Source: Mytilus californianus
Lineage: Eukaryota
Length of the DNA stretch: 64,000 nucleotides
Reading direction: 5' to 3'
Assembly: GCF_021869535.1 (NCBI RefSeq)
Contig: NW_026262674.1
Coordinates: forward strand, 4,154,001 to 4,218,000
The notes below the pieces were generated by a model. It did not search any database, had not been told where the DNA came from, and saw nothing but the letters and a program-made list of their open reading frames with translations. This document shows, piece by piece, positions 24,906-45,843 of the stretch (position 1 is its first letter; each line of letters starts with the position of its first letter). Made by a program: the position numbers and the translations under genes.

Positions 24906-25168
24906 AGTTGTGAGATATATTCAGCTGTAAAGACGTTCAGATCTTCTTAACCTCAGCACATGTTACAGACTTCATAAAAATCATATAATATTAACAGATA
25001 CATTGTAATACAAATAACCCTCTATTGGCCTTCAATTTTACTTTGGATATCTTTAAATAACCATTGAAATATCATCCGCTGTTTGAAGATTGGTAGGTGA
25101 CAACAACCCATCAAATCATAAACAAAGATGTGGTCCCTAAATAATAGTGTTCTAAATTAACTGCTTAT

Positions 25169-25352
25169 ATGAGGGTGTGGATGGGGGTTTACAGAATAGA
25201 GAAAAAATTATCAAAAAATAAAGAATAGAGAATAATGGGCAAAAAGTAAAAGGAATAGAGAATAGTGGGCAAAAAGTATAAAGAATAGAGATAAATAGCC
25301 TAAAAAATTAAAGAATACAAAAATGAAGGACCCCCATCCAGACCCTCTCATA
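25169..25352. mobile_element. ~185-bp TIR element with internal ~28-bp tandem repeats
   Basis: atgagggtgtggatgggggt / acccccatccagaccctctcat; internal aaagaatagagaataatgggcaaaaagt-like units. Confidence 0.6.
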
Positions 25353-25645
25353 TACTCAATATAAATGATCTGTCTTTCATGCTTCTGTAAGTATTATATA
25401 GGTACTGAATAGTAGTTTTTTCGTTCACTTTTTTGTTTTTGTATGAATTTTCTTCCTCATAGACATAATAAAAATATTTTTAAGATTAAGTTGGTCAGTG
25501 CACCATGGTAGTTTTTTTTTATCTCACATTGCATAATGTCATTCTAGTTTATACTATCATAGCTTATACTATCATTCTAAAGAAATATATCTTAATAGGC
25601 AGATTCATAAAATAAAATCAATTATCATTTCTTGTCTAGAAAAAA

Positions 25646-25840
25646 TACTGTAAAAACAGAAATTATTGCAATTTTTGAAAAATGTACAAAATTGCGAGAA
25701 TATTTTTTGCGATTTCAGGCAAATCTGCAAACAGATACATGTATCAGATATCAGAATGCAAGTTCTTATTATTGCAATACTCACCCAGTCGCATTATTCG
25801 CATTAATAAAAACCTCGCAATAATTTCTGAATTTACAGTA
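25646..25840. mobile_element. MITE family C (TA-flanked)
   Basis: TACTGTAAA.CAGAAATTATTGC / GCAATAATTTCTGAATTTACAGTA; other copies at 47787-47996 and a fragment at 6094-6135. Confidence 0.8.
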
Positions 25841-27585
25841 ATGCTTAAAAGTCCCTTTAACCCCCCTTTCTTTCCTCCACAAACAGAGAAGATATTCAGG
25901 ATAAATTGCTTAATACATATACACACATCAGTATTTCCTAGACTTAACATATTTTCAAAAATGAATATGATCGAGGAGGCAGGTTTTGTATGATACATAA
26001 TTGAGTATGAAAATGATACTATGAATAATACAAATAAACAGCTGAGACATGCGTTTATGATACCAGGATGATGTAGAACCCTAATTTTTACCATTAAATG
26101 ATAAAAGTCCCATAACTAAATCAAATGAATCAGAAAATATTAAAAAAATGCAATTAACATTTACTGTTGAACATGGATTTAGTGAATAAATAAAAAAAAA
26201 ACACCTAAAAAGTTGCTCAATTTATGAAACATAGTGTCATAAGTATGAAATTTAATTTGATCATGCATTGCCTTCATGAAACCAAATATTTTGTACAAAA
26301 CTTAGTAAAATATCCATTTAACAAGGGTAATCATAAGGATTCATTCTTTTATGATTCAATAGATATAGGAAGATGTGGTATGAGTGCCAATGAGACAACT
26401 CTCCATCCAAGTAACAATTTATAAAAGTAAACCATTATAGGTCAAGGTACGGAGCATTGGCTCACACCGAACAGCAAGCTATAAAGGGCCCCAAAAACTA
26501 GTGTAAAACCATTCAAACGGGAAAACCAACGGTCTAATCTATATAAAAACGAGAAACGAGAAACACGTATGAACTACATAAACAGACGACAAGTCCAGTA
26601 ACTTTAGAAATAACAAATTCATAAATCATTAAAACCGAAAATGAGTCTGTCTTTCTTTAAGTAATTGATCATTGTGTAATTAATTTTGTGAAAATCAAAT
26701 GAGGAAAATTAGAAATATCATAAATACAAGACAATTGTGTCAATCAATTTTTTAGCAATCAAAGTCCCATAACTCTTGAAAAACAAATCTGAAAAGAGTC
26801 AAGTAGAAATGGAATTTGTCTTCATAAAATTAATATAAAAAACTTTTAATGCACCAGCACTTTTAAACATATCAAAAGATGTGCTTCTGGTTGTTGAATT
26901 TTTAAAGAGTTCTGATATTCTGAGGTAAATGGGCAGTGGTATAGCAAAATATCATGTCTTTTCTTACAGCTGTATAATATTCATCGCAAAACGATACATG
27001 TATAGAACAAGTAAATTTTCAAACTTAAAACCTTCATCTGTTAAGGCCACTGAAACAAAACATCATTTTGTTGCTGGAAATATGTGACATAAAAATAAAA
27101 CATTACGTATATGTTTAGAACACATAAATATTTGTAAATATTTGACATTTCACAATTGAATCAACATCTTAAGGACTTATATAAAACTTCACCAGGAATT
27201 ATTTTTCATAAGATATGAGCTGTGTCGGAAAAAAATTGACCTTATGCCAGTGCACATATACATGTACATGTATAAGACTTTGATTGATTTGGGAACATTT
27301 AAATACAAAATAAAAGATGAATTTTGGTCTATTGTATAGGGTTCTTATAACATTTCAATTTTCAATCAGTTACAGACTTTCTGTAGAGATTTTTTCAATC
27401 CAAAATAGGTTGACAGATGTAATGATATTTATTTGCATAAGGTCTATTTCTCCTTAACACAGCTCGTATATTATTAATACCACATTGTCAAATAAATGAC
27501 CACCAACAAACATTAAACCATTCTCACTTTAAACAGTCAGTCTGTAAATAAATTAAAAAAATAAAAAATCTAATATAATTTTACA

Positions 27586-30500
27586 TCAAACATCTTCCTT
27601 GATTTCATCAAATAAAAAGTTATTTTGTTTATATGATGCATTCTCCGGTAAATCTAACTTCTCTTTAGCCTGTTGTATATCATCATTTATTGCACCTATA
27701 AGTTCATCTGTAAAATAAAAACATTTTAATTTTAATTAAAACAACTTGATCCTAAGTCTTAATCTAAAAATTAAAAAGATCGGAAAACTGTATATTCTAC
27801 AATTGACATCCAAAAATTGATAATACAGCTGAGTCACTTAAAATTGGTGGTGTTGGGAATTTTCATTCATGTTTTTTGTTTCTGATAAATACAATTATGA
27901 TGCATTATTAATACTCATTTTTATTGTAAGCATCATTTAATTAAAAATCTATTAATTTTTATGTATAATACAACTAAATCTGTGTTAATAAAAATCTTGG
28001 ATATTTATCATGCAGGTTTCCCCTGAAAGGACATTTCTTTTCCTATAGCCATGATAGTATGTTTTATAGCCGACTATACAGTGTTTTTCTCATTGTTAAA
28101 GGCTGTACCATTGCCTTTAATTGCTTACATCCGCTTCATTTAAGCTATGGTGGATAGTAACCGATAGTTGTCTTACTGGTCTTTACATTAAGGATGTTCG
28201 CTACTCTGTTTCAAAATAACAAACTTTTTTAAAGACTGTTATAAATTGTTAGTATATAAATAACGAACTCAAAAAGAAGAGAACATGAAGGGTCCGTGTG
28301 CTTGTTTTCGAGATATAAGCCATTGAAAATTTTTGTGGGAAATGATTCTCTCTAGATTTTTCATACATTTAACATTGGTACTTTTTTCCTTTCAAAACTA
28401 TGAAAAAATAACAAGAATTTTATAAGATTTTCGAGTATGGCTTTTTAAACTATATGTTATAAAATTATGAAAAGAAAAGTAGGGGGTTAGCCGGCAAAAT
28501 TTTTAATGGCACTACATGGATAAAACCATAGGATTCTGAATATCTGACAAAAAGTTAAAAAAACATTTAAGACAACTTTTTATATAAACAAACCATGCAA
28601 ACAGAAAACATGTACAAAGACCAGTGGTGCAAAATGCACACATTTAAAAGTACTGACAGGAAGATTTAAGATTATCAATATGTTTTATCACCTTCAAAAT
28701 CAGTTTTTCTCTCCAATGAGGAGAGAAAAAGTTTACCAGGAATTGGTACAATTTTGTTTTTATTGTCTTGTTGCATGTCGTTATACTTTACAGCAATTGG
28801 ATATACAAACATAGTTGCTAACTTCTAACTTCTAACATCATTTAGATTCTGGTGGAAAGTTTGCATTCATACCACAGCTCCTTATTTTTATACATGACCT
28901 ATAGTTGTTGACTTCTATGTCATTTGGTCTCTGGAAGAGAAGTGTCTCATTGGCAATGATACCACATCTCCTTATTTTTATGCCCCACCTACGATAGTAG
29001 AGGGGCATTATGTTTTTTCTGTCTGTGCATCCGTTCGTCCGTCCGTCCATCCGTTCGTCCATCTGTTCCGCTTCAGGTTAAGTTTTTGGTCAAGGTAGTT
29101 TTTGATGAAGTTGAAGTCCAATCAACTTGAAACTTAGTACACATGTTCTCTATGATATGATCTTTCTAATTTTAATGCCAAATTAGAGTTTTGAACCCAA
29201 TTTCACAGTCCACTGAACATAGAAAATGATAGTGCGAGTGGGGCATCTGTGTACTATTGACACATTCTTGTTATATGTTATAATGACTGATGTTCTCAGA
29301 GTAGCATTCCATTAAGGGACCTCAAGATATCTATTTCTTACAAAAAATCCATTGTTAGGTTTCTTAAATCTTTTTCCTTATCAATGGCTACATTTAAATA
29401 AAAACTTACCTAAAGAGGAAAAGTCTCTCATTGGTCGTATATATCCTAGCATAATTACTTTTAATGTTGATCCATAAAAATCTTCCTTAAACGTATGTAT
29501 AACATGTGTTTCCTGAAGAGAGAAGAACAACACTTTAATGTATATATAACATGTGTTTCCTGAAGAGAGAGAACAACACTTAAATGCATGCATAATATGT
29601 ATTTCCTGTAGAGAGAGAACAAAACTTAAACATGTTAAATGTATGTACATGTATTACATGTGTTTCCTAAAGAGAGAAAACAACACTTAATAGTTATCAA
29701 AGGTACCAGGATTATAATTCAATATGCCATATTTAAATGTATGTTTAACATGTGTTTCCTGAAGAGAGAGAACAACACTTAAATGTATGTTTAACATGTA
29801 TTTCCTGAAGAGAGAGAACAACACTGATGATTTGTATAACATGTGTTTCCTGAAGAGAGAGAACAACACTTAAATGTATGTATAACATGTGTTTCCTGAA
29901 GAGAGAAAACAACACTTAAATGTATGTATAACATGCATGTTTCCTGGAGAGAGAGAACAACACTTAAATGTATGTATAACATGCATGTTTCCTGGAGAGA
30001 GAGAACAACACTTAAATGTATGTATAACACATGTTTCTTAAAGATAGAAAATAGCATGTGTATTTCAGATCCTTGTATAGCAACACAATATTTCTAAATT
30101 TTCTAAACCCAAAATGCATTTGAAAATTTCAATAGAATTTTGTGACTAATTGAATAGTAGTTAAGTGTTGTTCTCTCTCTTCAGTGTTGTCATGTAATAA
30201 CCATTACAAGATGTATTCAACCTTCTATATGTTAAGGGAAATAACAATGTCTATGGCATTCACATTTTTTACTTTGGGCATGCCTGATGAATCCCTTCGG
30301 AAACTAAAAAGCGGTTAAGTGTTATTATCAGTTTACAAAACATGTAACAAGACAAATCTCTAAGAATCATGATTCCTGGTGTTAAGTGAATTACAATACA
30401 CTGACGGACTACCTGTGATTTACACTTTTGACACAAGATGTACTTCTACAATAACAATTTTATGACATGTAATAAGAGTGAAATTTATAGTGAATCACAT

Positions 30501-33500
30501 GAATAGTAATTTATCACATGTTGTACTGTTATGCCACTGTCCCAGGTTAAATGGAGGGTTTTGTGCCAGCAAACAAAGTTTAACCCGCCACATTCCGAAT
30601 GTGCCTGTCCCAAAGTCCAGAGCCTGTAATTAAGTGGTTGTCGTTTGTTGCTGTATATCATTATTGTTTTGTATATAAATCAGACAGTTAGTTTTCTTGT
30701 TTGAATTGTGTTACATTTGTCATTTTGGCGCCTTTTATAGCTTACTATCAGTGACAGTCAGGGGTACTACTGTCAACGTATATTTGTTCCGCCTAACAGA
30801 AGTTCCACTGGAAACTTTTTTACAAACAATGTCATAATATCTGTTCCTGTTGGAACAAATATTCTATACCATTTATTCCGTTGGGAACATCTACTGTAAT
30901 ATTTATTCCAGTGGAAATAATATTCCAGAATATTGTTTCCATTTGGAACTTATATTATAAAGGAACTTCTATTCCATGAGACTACTTGTACAAGTAATCT
31001 TTATTTACTTGAAGAAGTAAATAATAATATACTTATATAAGTAAATTATAATGTTTGAATAATCTCCCCTTAATTTTCTCAAAAATTTACTTGTATAAGT
31101 ATTTGTTTTTTACAATCCTGAAAAATTCTCAAGTTTTAAGATGTAAAAACATGCCTTTAACAATTTTTCTCAGGTTAGCTCATAATTTTTGATTAGAGTT
31201 AATTGTTTCATCTCATTAATTCAACAAAGAAACTAATTGCACAAAGATCTTAAGTATTTGCACAAGACCTTCAAAAATTGCCCCTTGGGGGCTTGTAAAT
31301 GAGCAGTGTTCTGAAGATAACAGACAAATGAGATTTTCATTGTCCATGAAATTACACTTAAATGATTAGTAAAGACATCTGCAAAGGACAGACAATTAAA
31401 AATTCTATTAGAGCAAAGAAGTCCTAAGAAATTCAATGAAAAGAAGATAGGATGACTTTTTTACTTGTATAAGTAAAAAAATCTGAATGTCTAAGGGACA
31501 TAACTAAGCAAAAAAATAATTTACCTATATACAAGTAAATAAAATACACTTGTATAAGTATCCTACAAATTTACTTATATAGGTATATTAATATTTACTT
31601 CTTCAAGTAAATAAAAATTACTTGTACAAGTAGTACCCCTGACTGACTATGCATTATGGGTTTTGCTCATTGCTGAAGGCAGTACAGTGACCTATAGTTG
31701 TTAATTTCTACGTCATTTGAACTCTGGTGTAGAGTTGTCTTCAGTTATTGATAATCATACCATATCTTCTTATATTTATATTACCATAGATTTCTTTGTA
31801 TTATGGTAGTATGGGTTCCATCCTATACTGAGCACCATTTTCAATACTTCACCATTATCAACATTGGCCCAGCCATAGTACACTCCACCTGGAAGGTCTT
31901 TAGGTAAGTTTTCTACTACATTTTCTGGGAAATTAGCTGTAAAGTAGAAAAGTACTTTAAAATTACATAACAGCACCAAAGACAGAAGTATTTTTTTTCA
32001 ATTCTGTGATGTTGTTGGGATGTTGTCTTGTTGCCATTTTTTTTCTTTGGCTATTTGCCAAATGTATGCACATGGGATTTTTATTTTGTCAGTTAAAGTC
32101 TTGAAATTTAGGTATACATAATGAGGACAAAGATAGTTTATATTATGAGAGTAAATTTTCATATGATCATTTGCCTTAAACTTTATCTAAATTGTTACAC
32201 AAGACATTTTGTAAGATGTGTATATATATTCATTCATTCATTCATTCATGTCTTTATTTCCTCATAATTGAGATATAATGAATACACAAAATTAACTAAA
32301 TATCACACAACAAAAAGAATAAACGAAATAGGAACAGAACAAAAAAGGTTTTTTTTTTACATAAACAGACAAATATACACTTTAGTCATTCGGCATAAAG
32401 TTCTTATGCAATCTTGAATGATGACATATCATGTATTGCCTAACCTGACACAACGTCCATATGTTGCTACGCATTGAACAACATGGGCGTGGCAAAGCTT
32501 CTCAAACTCCGTTTTATTGTTTATTGTTATTTCATGTTCACCCATAGAATCTGGTCACCTTTTTTTTTATAAAAATAAATCAATATTAATGTATTTAGGT
32601 TTTAGAGACCATTGCAGATATTTATTGGTAAACATTGTATGCTCAAATACAATTATCTCAAAATTCATGATAAAATGGAAATATTTTAAATTATCAATTA
32701 AAAGCTTCTTTTCGAGGAATGATTTGCTTCATCGTAACACTTGTTTTTATTGAGAATTAATTTTAATGATTGTTAATTGCAAATTTCATGAATTAAATAG
32801 AATGCTGATTAGGTATGATAATGATGTCCTTGATCTTACTGATTGTTTTTACTTGTGTACTGGCCAGTTTTATAATGAAAATAACATATTTTTTCTTACA
32901 AAGTAAACTAGTTGATGCTGTATGGGTTTTTCTCATTGTTGAGGCCGTACAGTGACCTATAGTTGTTAACACCTCTATGTCATTTGGTCTCTGGTGTAGA
33001 GTTGTCTCATTGGCAATTATACTGCATCTTCTTATTTTTATAGTTTGCTTGGAATGCGTAGAAAAAAAATGCATGTGCGAATTGGTCTTCAGTTGTTTAT
33101 ATTAAATACTATGTATTCCTATACACTTCAGTGAAAATCAAAGCAAAATAATTATATGGGAGGAGCAATGCAACATAAATACTATATTTTGTACAAAATC
33201 AGTGTGCCATATATTTGATTGCACCTGTCCTAAGTCAGGAACCTGATGTTCAGTGGTTGTCGTTTGTTGATGTGGTTCATAAGTGTTTCTCGTTTCTCGT
33301 TTTTTATATATATAGATTAGACTGTTGGTTTTCCACTAGTCATTTTTGGGGCCCTTTATAGCTTGCTGTTCGGTGTGAGCCAAGGCTCTGTGTTGAAGGC
33401 CGTACTTTGACCAATAATGGTTTACTTTTACAAATTGTGACTTGGATGGAGAGTTGTCTCATTGGCACTCATACCACATCTTCTTATATCCATATATATT

Positions 33501-34665
33501 TACATTTTTTTGCATAACCCTTTTCAACACACTACAAGTTTAGGCAAAAGACGAGTTTCCAATTTCAATTTTATGAATGAACTACCCCAGTTGACCTGTG
33601 GTTATTTGAGGAAAACGCATCACAGGACATTATGAAGTGAAGACATAATAATTTGCATTGTGACTTTAAATTATTTGGGGAAAAGTACCAGTTGGAAATA
33701 AACTCATCATAGATATCAGGATTAGAATTTTGTATGCCAGACATTCGTATGATCTACAGAATATACTTCAGTGATGTCTAGACAAAAAAGTTAAAAATGG
33801 AAAATAAAATACGAACTTCATCAGAACTTGAAGAACATTGAGAACCTAAAATTCCTCAAGGTTTTGCCAAATACTGCTATTAACAGTAATCTACTTCTGA
33901 AAGATCATGTGTTCATACTCTATTCAAATTCAAAATACAACAAGACAAAAAAAATATTTGATTCCGGGCAAAAGGACCCAGTGCGAATGGGATATGCAAT
34001 TTAATTAAGAGCTGAGCAGAGTGATACAGACATAGAGGCGATTGATAAGTACCGATTATCATGTTGTCTACATATTGATATCGTAAAAATATCAGCTGTG
34101 AGTCACAATATAAAGCTTTTTGTCGAGTGGGCGCAGCGAACGAGATCAAAAAGGCTTCATATTGTGTTGAGCAGCTGATATTTTACAATATGAATACAAC
34201 CAGACATTTTCCAGATAATGGATTTATCGGGTTGTATTTGTGTAATTTGCATGATAGAAACAAGTGTTTTCTTTGTTTCATAAGCAAACCGGAAGACGAC
34301 GTGATAAGTTCAGGTCAAACTTATCAACGATGGTTCATATATTATGACGTCGGTGAAATGTCGGGGTCAAAGTTATTAAGGCCGTGTTAACGTATTTGAC
34401 GTCACAAAGCTGTGAAATGCAATTTTATTAAGATCTGAGCAGAGTGATACAGACAGAGAGACGACCGATAAACAGTGATATATATATTTAGAAAGAACCT
34501 GGTCACTGTTATCTCTTCTTTTTTTTTATTTTCCCTTTAAGTTAGATATAAGTATGTGTAAAATGAACTGTTTTCAATACCAGTGGGTATTCCTAGCTCT
34601 TTGCTGCCCCGTCCAAATCCTTTCACAACTTTTCCTTCAGCAAAATGTGGTAGAATTTGCTCCAT
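27586..34665 (-). CDS. RFK: Riboflavin kinase, 4 exons, 153 aa, complete
   Basis: Exons (minus): 34581-34665 MEQILPHFAEGKVVKGFGRGSKELGIPT, 31785-31936 (ANFP..GVYYGWA..MVLSIGWNPYYHNTKKSM), 29410-29512 (ETHVIHTFKEDFYGSTLKVIMLGYIRPMRDFSSL), 27586-27707 (DELIGAINDDIQQA..EDV*). Total 462 nt. PTAN, SIGWNP and ETH motifs are present. AATAAA on the minus strand at 27428-27433. Confidence 0.96.
28192..28566. mobile_element. MITE family A copy (TTAA), right TIR decayed
   Basis: TTAA|GGATGTTCGCTACTCTGTTTC; body matches 1891-2280. Confidence 0.8.
28976..29272 (+). mobile_element. Short HINE-like element
   Basis: 5' ATGCCCCAC..GGGGCAT stem, (GTCC)n, 3' GTGGGGCAT plus stem-loop tgtgtactattgacaca, ends ttcttgtt; begins at the T-rich end of a SINE-like copy. 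Confidence 0.8.
29490..30050 (-). repeat. 45-48-bp minisatellite built from the RFK exon 3 splice acceptor and exon start
   Basis: Minus-strand unit ATACATACATTTAAGTGTTGTTCTCTCTCTTCAG|GAAACACATGTT; AG junctions at 29512 (true), 29559, 29605, 29666, 29758, 29804, 29849, 29895, 29943 and 29991. Confidence 0.93.
30755..31645. mobile_element. ~890-bp element with long TIRs, inserted in a SINE-like copy and itself interrupted
   Basis: CAGTCAGGGGTACTACT / AGTAGTACCCCTGACTG; TIR continues ttgtacaagtaat..tttacttgaagaagtaaat; many internal ACTTGTATAAGT palindromes. Confidence 0.75.
33994..34473. mobile_element. ~480-bp element bounded by ~55-bp direct repeats with an internal hairpin
   Basis: atgcaattt.attaaga.ctgagcagagtgatacagaca at 33994 and 34417; hairpin aaaatatcagctg..cagctgatatttt at about 34086-34184. 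Confidence 0.6.
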
Positions 34666-35033
34666 TTTTATATAACCTTAAATTTCCGAATCGTCATATG
34701 TTCTTGTTAATGAACTTCCGGTCAATTTCTTGTATTTTGAAATGGTCCCCGTCTGCTTTTTGCATTTCCTCCTGCGCGGGTGACGTCATTTGGTTGCGCA
34801 GAACAAGGGGCGTCAAAATCGCCATATTGGCTGCTACAGTTGTTGACAGAAATAGGGTCACCTGACAAATCTGCTGGAATCACAAACATCATAAGTTGAA
34901 AGTATTAAGTTGCCAACAGATCACAAAGTCAATTGGTCTAAGACTTTAAAAATCGCAGTTATTGTCTTTATTTGAGGAAGGGGTCGGAAGAATCTTCATC
35001 TGAATTCCTGCTTCCGCCAACTTCCGGAAAGAA
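34666..35033. promoter_or_regulatory. Compact bidirectional promoter for RFK and Rab11
   Basis: About 370 bp between divergent ATGs; locally GC/CpG-enriched; ACTTCCGG at 34714-34721 and 35020-35027; CRE palindrome TGACGTCA at 34781-34788. Confidence 0.7.
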
Positions 35034-44730
<9,697 letters not shown>

Positions 44731-45654
44731 GAGTTGTTGTTTAGCAGTTAAAGAACTATTAATAAGACCAACAATATGTCTGTCTGACATCCTAATGAAG
44801 ATACGTTACTAAAGAAAGATGAAGAACTCCACAGTTTTCTCATCTGACAACATTCTGCATTATTGTACAAGGGGCTTGTTCTGTAGTATCAACATTTGTG
44901 TATAAATGATAATCTTCTCATGGTGCATTTGTAACATTGTGTTTAGACTTGTTTAAAATATTTTGATTTTCTAATTGAAAGAAGGTTAATAAGCAAAACT
45001 GGAGCTCTGCTTCATGCTCTTGATTCCTTGAAATTTAAAGTTCAACTCAATACTTATAAATATTCATAGAACAAACGCTGTTCTTTTTTTTTATATGACA
45101 GATTTTGAGAGATGTTCTTTCACAATATCTGATTTACGACCTTCTATTTTTATTCATGTCTACTTTTATTTTCTTCGTTGCAAAGAAATAAATCCCAAGT
45201 CCATTAATCTTCCTTTTGCTAGAATGTGTGAGACTACATGAGTGATCGAGGTTTGTTTTTTTATACATTGTTATTGAGCTTAATTTCTGATTTGCTTGTT
45301 GTATTCCTTACATACAGTGATATGTTACAATCCTTAATAATTGTTGTTCTTATAGAAACTAATGTGTCCCTGTACCCCTCAATTTAACTTTCCTTTTCAA
45401 CATAACAATTTCATAAGTCCATAAATTTTCATGATTCTAATTTCTATAGTTTTCATTTTGTTTGAAAGAATCATCAGCTCAAATATCATGTATGACATTC
45501 CAGAAATGGTTTTGAATGTAAAACTTGAATTCCCATGTTGTTCCTATGTGAATGTTTGTTTGATGCAATTGGATAGTATTGTAGTATTTGTTATCAACTT
45601 TAAAGCTTATTTTACACTGAAAGTCTGCAAGTAAAATGTTAATGTTCTTGATTA

Positions 45655-45843
45655 GGGCTATTCCATTAAAATGTAGGGGGAGGGTAGGAATGGAAGTTTA
45701 ATTATTGAATGTGGGTCATGGGTCTTTTTTCCAGTATGCATCTATTACCATTATTCAAAATTATCTAAAAAATGGTTCTTGGTTGTAGGGATATTTTGAA
45801 AGTCCCTTCTTACCCTCCCTCATACATTTTAATGGAATAGCCC
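45655..45843. mobile_element. 189-bp Tourist/Harbinger-like MITE
   Basis: TTA|GGGCTATTCCATTAAAATGTA ... TACATTTTAATGGAATAGCCC|TTA. Confidence 0.87.

Noticed and set aside
29687-30057. ORFs with repeated ETHVIHTF/ETCMLY as extra RFK exons
   Set aside because: Frameshifting minisatellite copies without their own donors; not a tandem exon cluster.
34554-34865. 103-aa plus-strand ORF
   Set aside because: Overlaps RFK exon 1 antisense and the promoter; no homology recognised.
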